64,000 nucleotides of DNA from Takakia lepidozioides (Eukaryota; Plantae; Bryophyta), in the NCBI GenBank assembly GCA_030704615.1, contig CM060731.1, positions 26,846,001 to 26,910,000 of the forward strand, given 5' to 3'. Below the pieces are notes generated by a model, which saw only the letters and a list, made by a program, of their open reading frames with translations, did no database searches and was not told the DNA's origin. Made by a program: the position numbers and the translations under genes. Shown here one piece after another: positions 50,791 through 62,628 of this stretch. Within the stretch, counting starts at the first letter, position 1. Each line of letters opens with the position of its first letter.

Positions 50791-53700
50791 GACGCAGACA
50801 AGGCCTTCGAAGATGTAAAGCTGGACTGTGCTTCGTTCCTTGCCAAAGGTCAGGTGGTACTATTGGGGGACTTCAATGCCCGGGTGGGCAAAGGGATCCA
50901 TCAGGACGATATCATTGGACCTTTTGGTGAGGACGAGCTGAATTCTAATGGCAGACGGTTAATTAACTGTCTAGAAGAGCTTCAGCTTTTGACCTTGAAT
51001 AACAGGACAAGAGGTGACCAAGTGCAGTGGACTCGTGAGAAACCCCAAACTGGGGAACGTTCCATTGTGGACTATATCATAATGGACAAAATTTTGTTCC
51101 CCCAGTGTGCCAATGTGTTGATCGACAGAACTGATATTGGTACCTCTGACCACTTCCTGGTTTGGACTGAGATCAAAAGGTGTTTTCCCACCACCAAGCG
51201 ATCTGTGAAACGTTCGATTCGGAAGTGGCGCATAGAAAAATTCCACAATGAGGAGGTCAAGACTGAGTACGTCCAGGCCTTGCAAGAGGCTCTCCCTCAT
51301 TTTGTTCAATCGCTCCAAGAACTTCAGTCACGCTCTGTTAACGCAAGAAATGAAGTCGAAAGAGCAGTGGACTCTTGGGAGAGTTTCGTTTCCTCCGTGG
51401 CTGACAAGATCATTGGGAGGAAACTAATTGTCTGCGGTAGAGCAGTTAATTGGTGGACTAATGAGATTAAACTCAAGATAGCTGAGAGACGAGCCCTCTC
51501 TAAAGAGTGCTGCAATTTGGAAACTAACAGAGAATTGTGGGCGAGGTACTACCAGCTCCGTAAAGATATCAATCAGCTTGTTAGGTCTCAGAAGAAATTA
51601 TACTGGGACAAGTTATACAGTGGAATAAACTCAAACCACCATGATGGTAATGACAAGAAATTCTGGTTGGCCCTTCAACGTTTGTACAAGCCGAAAAACG
51701 GTCAGCAAGTACAAGCACTGAAGACTACTAAAGGTGCAGTGGTGACTTCATCAGTTGAGATTGTCAAAACCTTTGAAACTCACTACAGTATCCTTGGCAG
51801 AACTTCTAGGTCTAACAGTGAGGGGTCTTCTGCTGAATGGAGGGACACAGTTGGAAAAACTGTTCCTATGATTCAAAACAGCCCTGATGAACTGGAGTAT
51901 ATTTCAATGGCTTATAATGCTCCCATTAGTTCTTCTGAGATTGTGGAAGCAATTGAACATTTAAATGGATATAAAGCTGGTGGACCTGATGGTATTGTCA
52001 ACGAGCTTATCAAGCACGGTGGCGATCCCATGATAGAGGCCCTAGTTCTCCTCTTTAACCTTATCTGGAAGACTGAAATGATCCCCTTTCGCTGGCGACA
52101 GGGGGTCATTGTTAATCTATACAAGAAGGGTGACAGAGAAGAACCGGGGAACTACCGTGGCATCACGCTCCTCAATGCTGTTGGCAAGACATTCTGCAGA
52201 GTTATAAGTACTCGTCTCGAGGTTGATCTGGAGTCTAGAGGTTGTTTCCACGAAGGCCAAGCTGGCTTTCGGCGAAACAGGGGCTGTGTGGATCATATCT
52301 TCACTCTAAGCCAGATTATCCAGGGAAGGAAAAGAAGGGAAACCCACTTATGTCTTTTTCCTGGATGTCAAAAAGGCTTATGACACAGTGTGGAGAGATG
52401 ACCTATGGTTCCGCCTCTGGTCTTGTGGGATCAAGGGAAAGATGTGGAGAGTTGTCCACAACTTGTATGCTCACACCAAAAGCTGTGTCACTGTTAACGG
52501 ACAGAAGTCCAACTTCTTTGACATAGACCAAGGTGTAGCTCAAGGATGTACTCTCTCCCCTCTGCTCTTCAATGTTTTCATCAATCAACTCCTAGAGGAT
52601 GTGGAAAGTGAGGGATTTGGGTTAAGGGTGGGTGATACCACCATACCAGCCCTTATGTTTGCGGATGACTTTGCAGGCATAGGGGAGACTCCAACCAATC
52701 TCCAGGAGTTGATTGATTGCGCGAAGAGATACTTTGATCTTTGGGGGCTAGAGGCTAATGTCAGCAAATGTGCAGTGGTAGCATTCAACGACAGAGGAGA
52801 GGGAGGAAGTGATCTTAAGTGGCAGTGGGGTAGCCAAGAGATCCCGGTCCTCCCTTCCTACACTTACCTGGGCGTTGAGTTCTCCTCCAATTGTAATTGG
52901 GATGCACATATCCGGAAAGTTGTTCAAACTGGCAAGGGCAAAGCTCTGGGGCTCACTAAATTTTTCCACTGCAGAGGGGTCAACTCTGAGGTTAAGAAAA
53001 CCATGCTTTGTCGCGTTATTAGACCTGCCTTGGAGTACGGATCTGCTATATGGGTTGATAACTCCAACCAGGCTAAGTCTCTAGAATCCATTCAAGTGGG
53101 GGTGCTTAAGGAGTGTATGTCAGCATGCTCCGAAACAGCCAATGTGGCTGTTCGGGGTGAGTTTGGCGTTCCGTCCTTAAGCTCCGACGAGATGATTTCA
53201 AGGTCAGATGGTGGGGTCAGCTGCAACATATGCCCAACACCAGATATCCTAAGTTAATCGACTCTATATCTTGGAAACAGGACCGCCCTGTCAAACAGGC
53301 TAAGTCCTGGCAGAAGAGAGTAGAAGAGATCCTCAAGGACCTGGACCTGGATCCGCAAGTCTTGACCCTGCTGGATAAATCTGACTTAGAGGCTGTAGTG
53401 TCCTCAGCCATGTCTGTTGCCATGAGATTGTCTGATGAAAATGAAGTTAGGCAGAAAACTTCCCTGAACTTGTTTCCAGTCTGTGACATGGGGGAGGACA
53501 TCTTGGATGACCTCAAGGGTCTACCCACTCTCGGCACTAGACTGAAATTTAAACTCAGGGCAGGAAGCCTACCTTTGAACAGCAAACAGAAGCAGAGAGG
53601 AAAGGGAGAGTGCAATTGCCCGTTGTGTGGGCAATCTGAAGACAGTATTCATTTTCTGATACACTGTCCGGGGTTCTCTCACCAAAGAGACGCTCTCTTC

Positions 53701-54006
53701 AAATCTATTAAGGGAATTGTGCCTGTACCCCTGTTTACCAACTTTGAAAGTCTCGAGGCTGAGCCAAAAGCCCAGGCCCTCCTGAGGCCTAGTTTTTGGG
53801 CTAATCACACACAGCAGATTGATGCTTGTGTGAAGGGATTTCTAGAGGATATCTGGAAAACCCGGATTAATTCTTTATATGGAGGTAAGTCGTACTACCA
53901 ACGTCAGCCCCTGACAGAGGTAGGTTCTGTCCCTTTTGTTCCCGCTCAAACTGGGCGCGGGGTCAATGGCCACAAGGCTACGGCAAACAACGTCTTATGA
54001 GTACAA
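50791..54006 (+). mobile_element. 5'-truncated LINE (APE endonuclease-RT-C-terminal CCHC zinc finger; RTE/RTEX-like), intronic
   Basis: Perfect 15-bp TSD TCTCTTTCATGTGCT (50776-50790, 54007-54021). Frame open from the first base. APE motifs LLGDFNARVG, SIVDYII, TSDHFLV. RT motifs KAGGPDGI, GNYRGITLL, EGQAGFRRNR, FLDVKKAYD, QGCTLSPLLF, LMFADD, YTYLGV. C-terminal CPLCGQSEDSIHFLIHC. Two single-base frameshifts (about 52338 and about 53184). Confidence 0.95.
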
Positions 54007-54399
54007 TCTCTTTCATGTGCTTGTTTAGAGGTGGTTCAATCAGGAGCTTGTCAAAGCAGAATATCAAAGGTAGACAGAGACTAAAGACACTCTCAGCAGG
54101 GATGTTCTATTGTCCAACCGCAAGATAGACTATTTTGTTTTTGTACGCACTCCTCAGGTATTCAAATGACGTGCTTATTTTGCAGGGTGGCAAGAGAGCA
54201 TATTGAGTTTGCTGTAGCCAAATTTGAGGGCAGTAAAAAGGACCACCGAGAAGAGGCATTGGCTGCCAAGAAAGAGGTACAGCAGCTGAGGTTCTGTTTT
54301 GTACTTATCAGTAAATTACAGGTACACCAATAAACCACCTTTAGAAGTATTGAGAAACTCCTTCCACTTTCTCACAACAAAATTTAGAGGTAATCTCTC

Positions 54400-54730
54400 T
54401 CTCCCTTTGGGCCTTCCATGGACGAACTAAATTTCGTCTTTCTGTAGTATCAACTCTCTCTTATAAAGCACCATTTCATTTCATTTCTCTCTCTCAACAA
54501 TGTCTTATGAATACATTCACTCTCTCTCTCCCTGACAAGAAGTACTACATGGGTCTGAGCCTACCTGCACGAGGCCTTCACCCTTAGACAATCGCTAGAA
54601 CATTAATTGTGGTTTCTGGATTTGTTCCTCTCTCATGTTTTCTTCCATTTTGTCCCATAAGCTCTATGAGCTTTCCGCGGACGTTATAAAGCACCATTTC
54701 ATTTCATTTCATTTATTTCTCTCTCCTCTC
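54400..54730 (+). repeat. Two copies of a TTATAAAGCAC(CATTT)n terminus, probable retroposon 3' ends
   Basis: ttataaagcaccatttcatttcattt at 54461 and 54684, each preceded upstream by a related ..cttcc(a/g)(t/c)ggacg motif. Confidence 0.55.
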
Positions 54731-55665
54731 TTTCCAATATTTCTCTAGTAAGTTAATCTACTGAAATCTGTGCTTCTTTTACTTTGTGATTAAGAGGTTT
54801 TGGATTGGATGGGTCAGGGCAAAAAAGAGCTCCAAAAGCTGAAGGAAGTTGAGCTGATAAAGTTGCTGGTTTCCAAAAAGAACCAGGGGTCCCAAGAGGA
54901 GCAGCAGGCAGCATTTCTTGGCAAGCTCAGAGCGGAGGCTGCCAAAGCAGTTGTGGAAGAGGCCATGGCTTCCAAGGAAGTATCCAAAGAAGGTGCAGGC
55001 TTTATATGTTTCAGGCCACTCATTACACGTGATGTAACATTCATGAGATATGCGATGCAGTTCTTGTATGTGGCTGCTGTCCAATTTAGTCTCCTGGTAC
55101 TTAAAAGGAAGTTAGAAGCATTCTCAGACATGCATGGTCGTATCGTTTGTCTGGGTTGATTGTTGTAGTCTCACATGATCATCCATATATAGACCATCTG
55201 GGCAGAAGGAGAATGGGAGTGGGGAAATGGCACTGACAATGTGACTAGGAAATGCCAGATGGTCAGAGACATGATGCAGTGAGGACTGAGGTGATTGTCT
55301 GGGACAAGGGAGCACGTGCTTGCTGGAAGCTTATAGGAGTTGATGATCGCTCCAGCATAGTCCTTCAAGGTTTCCTTCTCCTGGTTTTGTTGAAGTGGGA
55401 GAGACACATGTTACTAAACATAGGGAACACAATATACAAAAGTCGTCCTGCGCATGAGATTTTTTGGATTGAACAGGGTTTATGAGATTTCAGATTTGAA
55501 TCTTGTGAATCTTGAACTACACCCACAGACTCTCTCTCAAGAATAGCTCACATTATTCGAATTCTAATATAGTATTCTAGATACTTATTTCATCAGGGTT
55601 TTTCTTCTAATGTTTTGTACCCTCACAAGTTAATCCAAATGGGCTGCTTTCCAGTAAAGACCCAG

Positions 55666-56273
55666 CAAGGATTTCTTAGTTACAGAGGATGGAATTGCAG
55701 GGCGGATTTTTTCCACCAGGCTGAGGCTGGCACCTTACACGTAAGGTACCTTCGACAGGAGGAACTTAGGGTTTGTAAGGTTCCTCCTCTTTTGAGCCGT
55801 CCGATTAAGAGGATCCCAGCCAGTGAAATCTTTTCCGTTTTATTACGCAGAGTGAGGCCCTCACCCTACACATAATCTTGGGGGTTTGGGGGGTGCTTTC
55901 TATAGTAGGACGCAGGATAAGATGATTGTGAACTGAGGCTGCTATGCCGAGCTTCAGTTGTCAAAGACAGTTAAAATTAGAGTGTGAAACTTAACAGTGA
56001 AAATCCAATTCACTTGCATAAGGATGCCGCCATAAGGATAGGGATGGCGTTATTGTAGAGTGAGGCCCCACGGCCTCCTGCGTAAAGAAACAGAAAAGAT
56101 TTCGATTGCTGGGATTCTCTTACTCGGATGGCTCAAAAGAGGAGGAACCTTACAACCTGTAAGATGCCTCGAGAGGACAGGATGGTTGGGTGCAAAGTGC
56201 CATCCTCACCCTGGCGGAAAAATCCAACCCCCTGAGGTTCCATCAGTCCATCTCTCTAACTAAGAAATCCTTG
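55666..56273. mobile_element. Foldback / long-TIR non-autonomous DNA element in a DDT-gene intron
   Basis: About 200-bp imperfect inverted repeats: caaggatttcttagtta.. vs ..taactaagaaatccttg, and ttgtaaggttcctcctcttttgagcc.. vs ..ggctcaaaagaggaggaaccttacaa. About 180-bp spacer. Confidence 0.85.
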
Positions 56274-57876
56274 GCAGACCTAAATTCTAATCCTTGCCGG
56301 ATCTTTACGAATGCTTGTATCGATAATTCAGAATGCCACTGGAAATTATGGCCATATTCCGCTCCTGGAATGAAGGAATGATCCAACGGTCAACCCTTAT
56401 CTTTTATGCGGATGTGAGTCGTGACATGTGACTCAGTTCCTTTCTTTATACTTTTCTTCCTCTCTATCTCACGGTATAACCCATTTTTAGATCTACATTA
56501 TTGCCTTATAATTTGGTATAGCGAGTTCGCAAAACATTTTCAAATACTGGAGATGAAAATGTTTCCTTTAACCAGCACATTTATTAAACTACTGAAGCGG
56601 ATTGACTTTCTCTCATCCTGGATGGTGACCACTCATAAATGCTGTAGCTAATTGACTGGGTGGAGATGGCATCAGATGTCAGCGACATTGAAGGAAGAGC
56701 CCAGGAGAGATGGTCGGTGTATTCAAAGGATGATGAGGAAGTACTATCAGCTTTCATCAGTCAACAAAAGTACGCTTCCACTCCCACACACGTTGTCCAC
56801 ATTGTACGATGTAAACCAAAACCTTCAAAACTTTATTCGTGGGTGATAAGGTCACTAAACAAAGACCTTGGCTTTGCAGAAAGGAAAAGTATCTAAAGAG
56901 GTTTTCCAAACAGTCCCACATATTTTCACTCTCAGAAGAGCTTGCTGTTCCTTCCACATCATCACTTCACAGCACCACAGTGGCCGTGGAAGAGCACCCA
57001 TGCCAGTACCAGGACATCACACCCCTACCTCTGGGTGGGGAAATACAACTCCCTACGTCATGTGGAGAGAGTGTGATTGCCATATCCAGTGGAGAGCTTT
57101 TTGGAGGAAGTCTTTGAACATTTGCCCTTTCCATTAGTCGAGTGCTGTCATTCTGATCCATGGAAACAAGTCCATGTAGGGGTAAGCTTTTTTACAAAGG
57201 TGGAACTTAAACTCTGGTAAGATGCTTTCGTGAAGCACCACTTCCCCAGGATAAAGCTCAGTCCAATGATGATAGCAAATCAGTCTGCAATCAGCAGACC
57301 CAACATTGAATTCTCTCTCTTCTCTATCTTAAGTTTCATAAAGCCTACATTTCATCCTACGCAAGATGCTTTTATTTGAGTCCTACATATGCTAGTCAAT
57401 ACCAGTGTAGTTCTTTTGCCTTGAAAGGACGCAAGTAAACAGGGATGAAGTTACATTACAGATGAACTGCGTAAGGATAATACATGCAAGAAAAGCTACA
57501 GCTTCCAAACTTGTAACAGGCCCAGTTGAAGTAGCAACATCTATACAGACTGAGTGACACAAAGACACTGTAGCCACACATAACCCCTTCCGCCCTACTA
57601 GCTTCTAACCAACAACACAGGGAATAAATCCGCCGCGGCACGAACTCTACCTCTATATGTGGAAGTGGATGCCCCCAATGACGCATGGATTTGGAAGAAC
57701 AGTCAACTGCTTATATACATGATTCAAGAAATCAGAACCTTCCAAATATAGAATCCACTGCAAGAATGTACACCAATTGATGCGTGTGATCCTTCTTCCA
57801 AATGACTTTCACTAGCTAACAAACTAAGAACTGGCTAGTGATTCTTTCACAACAAACAGAATCACGTGCTCTCAAA

Positions 57877-59588
57877 TCATGCGCCTGACTGCACATCCAC
57901 ATGTCGATGTACAGTCACAGTCTCTGGAGTGTAAGACACTTGTGTCGAGCTGTAAGGGACTGAGCTGTAGCCTGCCTGTGCCTCAGGCTGCAGTGTAGGC
58001 AGGGCTTGAGAGCCCACAGGCACTGGCAAAATAGGGGGAGGTGAAACTGTTGGTAAGACAACCATACCAGATAATCCCGGTGACCCCACGGCCAGGGAAG
58101 CAGACGTAACTGTTGAAGGTGGAGCAGCCCCCACAGGGGCAGCAGGGGGAATAGGGATCTTATCATCTCTCCTCACGTGCTTGACACTTGGGGTAACATC
58201 ATTCATCCTGGAAAGTGGGACTGCAAGGCCAGGACCAAAGACCACACCACGCAGGACCGTACCACTGTTCCCCACCCGCACAGTCAAAAGGTAGCCAGCA
58301 TCAAATGACCCATCCAGCACACCACTCACTTGCTGCCCAATCAGTGCCATATCAACAGCGGCAGGAGCAACCGCCTCACCTTTCCTCTTCCTCTGCCTTT
58401 TGGGTTTTGAATCTGGTTTCTGGGCTGTAATTCCATCACCGCCACTTTCACCCGCTAGTGCCGCTTGTGCAGCCAAGGTTTCACTCTTCCGTGGCCGACC
58501 ACGCTTCCGTTTAATCGGTTGTTCACCAGGTGCAGCCTCAGCTTCCATATCAGATTTGCTTTTCCTAGGTTTTCTCTGGGGTGCGGCCGGATCAATTAAA
58601 CCCTTCGCAACCATTTCATTGTGTTCCTTTTGTGCCTGCTCAAAATACTGTGCCTTATCTTGGTCAGGTGTATTCACCCACTTTTGGCCTACAATTCGTG
58701 CAACCTCATGCCCAGTCACACTCTCAAACTCATCCTTGATTGATGGTCTAACTTTAACAGCAAAAATGTTGTAGGCCCGGAGCTTGACTAACTTGCCAAA
58801 GCGGGCTTTCCTCTTCTTTTCAGCATTTACGCTCACAGCAACAAGGTCTTCTGCTTGCTGCACCTGCTCCATGTCCTCAGTCCCCTGCTAGATCCCCCTA
58901 TGGTTAAGATCCAAAGCTTGTGGAGTAGTCAAAAACAGACAAACTTAAAATAGCGCAAAAAAAGGTTCCCTTGTGATGGCACATGCAGAGTGATCATATT
59001 TACTCGAAAACTATAAATTAGAAAAGGTCCCAAAAACACCATCACTTTACATCTGCAATGTACTCCCTAAAAGGGAGTGCCATAATGCACAAAATTGCGA
59101 TATGAAAAATAAGGAGTGCATATCAAAGCACAATAACTTCACATCCCCACAAGCAGCCTGGATGAGCCAGCTTTGTTTTGTCCAGGGTCATAAAACCCCT
59201 CTCTTTGAAAGAATCCACATAACACCTCCCACCAATGCCAGCCAAGCTAGTGTTTATCTCCAAACACACTCCCCTTACTTGTCCAGCTGAAGCACACATT
59301 TGGTATTGACTGGCCTATAACAGCTACTTTCTGTTTCTATTGCAATCAGCTATCAACCGGCCACAAGTATCTTTAAGGCCAAGGTAGTTGGTGCAAAAAA
59401 AAACACACTTTCCTTCCTTATAAAGGACAGTAGACAATCCAGAGTATATTGCAGTTTACACAGTGAAGAAGAGTAATGGCATAACAGAGAAAACTTACCA
59501 GAATGTTGCCTTCCTCTTCATTGTGATCGTCTTGTTGCTGTCCAGCAACATCCGGATTACTTTCGTCAGGCTCCTCCCTGCGCTCCAT
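57877..59588 (-). CDS. HMG-box + AT-hook + MNM1/ARID-HMG-like domain protein, about 365 aa, 2 coding exons
   Basis: Exons 59588-59499 (donor GTAAGT) and 58884-57877 (TAGCAG acceptor). HMG box RAYNIFAVKVRPSIKDEF..GHEVARIVGQKWVNTPDQDKAQYFEQAQKEH. AT-hook KRKRGRPRK. Domain LIGQQVSGVLDGSFDAGYLLTVRVGNSGTVLRGVVFGPG. Pro-rich tail. Confidence 0.9.
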
Positions 59589-60619
59589 TGAAAATCGACC
59601 CTGAGATAAGAATGGGAGATTATCCAAAAGGAGAAAGCCTATGAGACACATGCATACTGAAGCAACAAGAGGTTACTTTTCCACTTTTTTTTAGAAAGCT
59701 TTGATGTACATTGGAAAGAACTCTAGATCCATGGGGGATATTTACCATAATAACCTCTTTTAACTAAGAACAATCTTAAAAGGTGTGTACCTAGATTCCA
59801 GGAGTATAATAGTGCTTTGACTGCTACCAATGTAGATAAAAATGAGTAACAGGCAATGCCAAAATCGAGCAAGCAAATGAAAGACATGACTGCTTCTCCA
59901 ACTTCTCCAACCGTGACCTCTACAACAAGTGAGAGTGATAGAGAAGGTAAAGTCCTTAAATATGCACCAAGTGCAGCCATTAGACCCAAGACTGCAGTTG
60001 AGGAAACAGCGTTTATAAGACCCTGGAAATAGTTCCAGAGAGGGACAAAGTTTAATGGAACAAAGAGGAAGTGTGCAATACAAGGGTCTGTTACTCATTC
60101 AAGCAGGTCTTAAATACATCAGTACAATATAAAGATAAAGCCCTCAACGTACACCCTATTAAGACAGATAGGGAGGAAAGTGATAGAGGGAACATATGCA
60201 GGCCTCAATCATAGGAGCTATCAGAGCATTATTTGTGACTCAGGAGCCAAATACTGGCTCCGGAAAATAAAATGCAGGATGTAATATTGGTTTTACAGTC
60301 CCCATCTGGCATGCCTTTATTAGAAGGCTCATGAAAGTACTTTTAAGCATTCTGTTCGTGGCCTTGTCATCAGGGACTTTAACAAGCAACAACAGGAAAA
60401 GAGATACATTGTAATATGATGCCTAGTATTCTGCCTGTCTTGTCGCATGTCTTACTGCCTGTCATCGATACACTGACCCGAGTGCTCTTATCGGCCTCAA
60501 TATGTGATATCTGCCTGCACAGAAGACTAAGACACAGGACAATAAGCCTATACTATCGAGTGTACTTCATCGCAAGTTTGCAAACAAACATAGGAAGAGT
60601 TTACAAGGCTTTAATAAAC

Positions 60620-62400
60620 CACACTAACTACCTGAACAGATGGCTCCGCCATGAAGCCTCCCGCTAGAGATAAAACTAAGACCAAAACTGGTGAACATTA
60701 CAGCGGAAGTAAACACGACACCTTTTCTGCCCAAATGAGACCGACAGCAGAATAGAAAACAAGCTCTTACCCAAAAAAAAATATCCTCGAGAAAAACACC
60801 AGTAGCGGTCATGGAAAGAATAGTCAGCCACACAAAGCAAAATAGGTGTAGACGCAAAATGGACAAGGCTCCACGTGTTAGGGTGAGAAAGAGAAGCAAA
60901 CGAGTGACATCAGAGATAACTTCCCTAAACATCGTTAAACTCCATGTGTGGCTTAGAAAGACACGGGCATGAACTGCACCTCCAAAAGCGCAGTCTAGGT
61001 GAAAGGATGACAGCATTCAAAACCACGAGAGAGAAAGATGGCTTCAAGAGAGTTGGAGGAGGGGAGGGGAGCGGGGCTTACCGCTCTTTGAGCAGAAATA
61101 AGTGTCGACAAAAGGGGAAACCAGGAAGGAGGACTGTACAGGAACCAGCAGCCTCAACAAATGGAGGGCCTGAGACCCAAAAGACAGTAGAAGCACAAAA
61201 AATGTCGAAGGGAAACAACAAAAGAAACCAAAGCGTCTACATCAGAGCACTTCGGATTGATCGAAAGTGAAAAACTAGCAACAATGACCAAAAACAGAGG
61301 GGTTGGAAGTACAGGTAGCAAACCCAACCAGGACGGCACAAGCCAAAACATCAATCTCAGGGAACGAGGACGACACTAGATCGTGTTCTGAGTTGGGTCT
61401 TTTGGCTGCATGACAAGAGTAAACAAAACAATATGTGGAGACAGGGGACATCACAAATAGAGAAGAACAAACATCACACCTGTCGCCATGAGCACTAACA
61501 CCACGGCAATCACTGAGACCAGCTAAGCTTCAGTGTACACCAACGATAAAACTTAGAGGCGATAACACATTGAGGGCGAACCGGGAACCTGGAAATGGGA
61601 ATCCAGTCATCCACGCAGCGCCTAGAAAACTAGGAAAAGTGAGATTGTCCACAACAGTCAAAGCAGCTAAAGCTTCTGAAACTATGCTACCCCTCCAAGT
61701 GTCTATCTCTGATGCCCATGGCAGTCTAGCTTGAGTGCGTGGGGGAGAGAGACACAAGGAATTCAAAAGTTTGAAAAGAGGGGCGGACCGTTACCGCCCG
61801 CCAGTTGAAGGTCCCCACCGTCCAGGCTCTCGCTTATTAGAGAGACTGGGGCATGCCAGTCGTGGTCGCTGTTTCTCTCTGTGACCAAACACTTTGCTCA
61901 CAAACAGAAGCTATGGGGGGTACGCTTGGCCCAGGGTTTGATTACGAGGGTTAAGCCCCCAGGCTACCTAATAGCACTACTCTGGAGACGATGATAAAAG
62001 CTCTCTCCGCGAAATCTCAGAGACAATATGGCTATGGCCTAAGTAGGTGTGCCTGTTTGCGCAACTCGTATGTTTGGTACTATTTCTCGCTACCACCCCT
62101 CCACGATCATCCCACTGCCACCAACGGGGGTTCCAAAAATGAAAGGCGCAGTGGGAGCCTCGTCCAAATTGCTCCGCGAGGGCCCCTGCCCATTGCCTGC
62201 GCGCCACATCGCACGCGCACACCGTATTACCAGGTCACCTGCAGTACACGCCAGCCTTTTGTTGAGATTCTTCTTTATGCCGCGCACACCCCTCAGGTAT
62301 TTTTGGGGTTAGGTACACGAGGCGCGCCTCCTTCCATCCCCGCCGTCAACGCGCTCGGCGCGACGATGGCCATTGCCTACCTGCACCCCCAGCTTTGGAT
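60620..62400 (-). mobile_element. Possible degraded L1-type ORF1 fragments
   Basis: Broken minus-strand frames with loose resemblance to plant L1 ORF1 (e.g. RAFIIV, PGGLTLVIKPW, CLGKL...HVEPCPFCV). Many stops. Confidence 0.25.
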
Positions 62401-62538
62401 TCCTACGCGCCCATACCATCTGCGCCCCCGTCAGCGCCATCATTGCCCCCCCCCAATCATCCCTGTCCATTGCCCACTGCACATCGTGCACCCCCCCCCA
62501 CACAAATTAATCTACACACATGTCGGGTCCCGTTTTTC

Positions 62539-62628
62539 TGACCTTCCCAAACTCCCCAAATGAATTGGGGGGTACAGAGTCGGGTTGCCTGACCTTCCCA
62601 AGCTGCCAAATGAATTGGGGTACATAGT
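62539..62628. repeat. About 50-bp tandem duplication
   Basis: ctgaccttcccaaactccccaaatgaattggggggtacag and ctgaccttcccaagctgccaaatgaattggggtacat. Confidence 0.85.

Larger units (their letters stand above)
45854..57117 (+). pseudogene. zf-4CXXC_R1 (CDCA7-type) + DDT/WHIM-like chromatin protein gene, disrupted
   Basis: Exons about 45854-46650, 46893-46990, 47526-47612, 47839-47944, 48481-48843, 49019-49171, 49887-50047, 50452-50763, 54186-54276, 54818-54992, 55259-55369, 56676-56769, 56880-57117, GT-AG and in phase. Zinc finger GGRIHEPEKTCHQCRQTT..VPC..ACMQKFCPKCLLDRYGE..WSCPH*KRICNCSICIKKKG. DDT-like IGLALQLLEFCCAFGK; EKLQLLMILCDDILAT; DAVRTEVIVWDKGARACWKL. TGA at 47581-47583 and frameshifts in exon 1. 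Confidence 0.85.
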
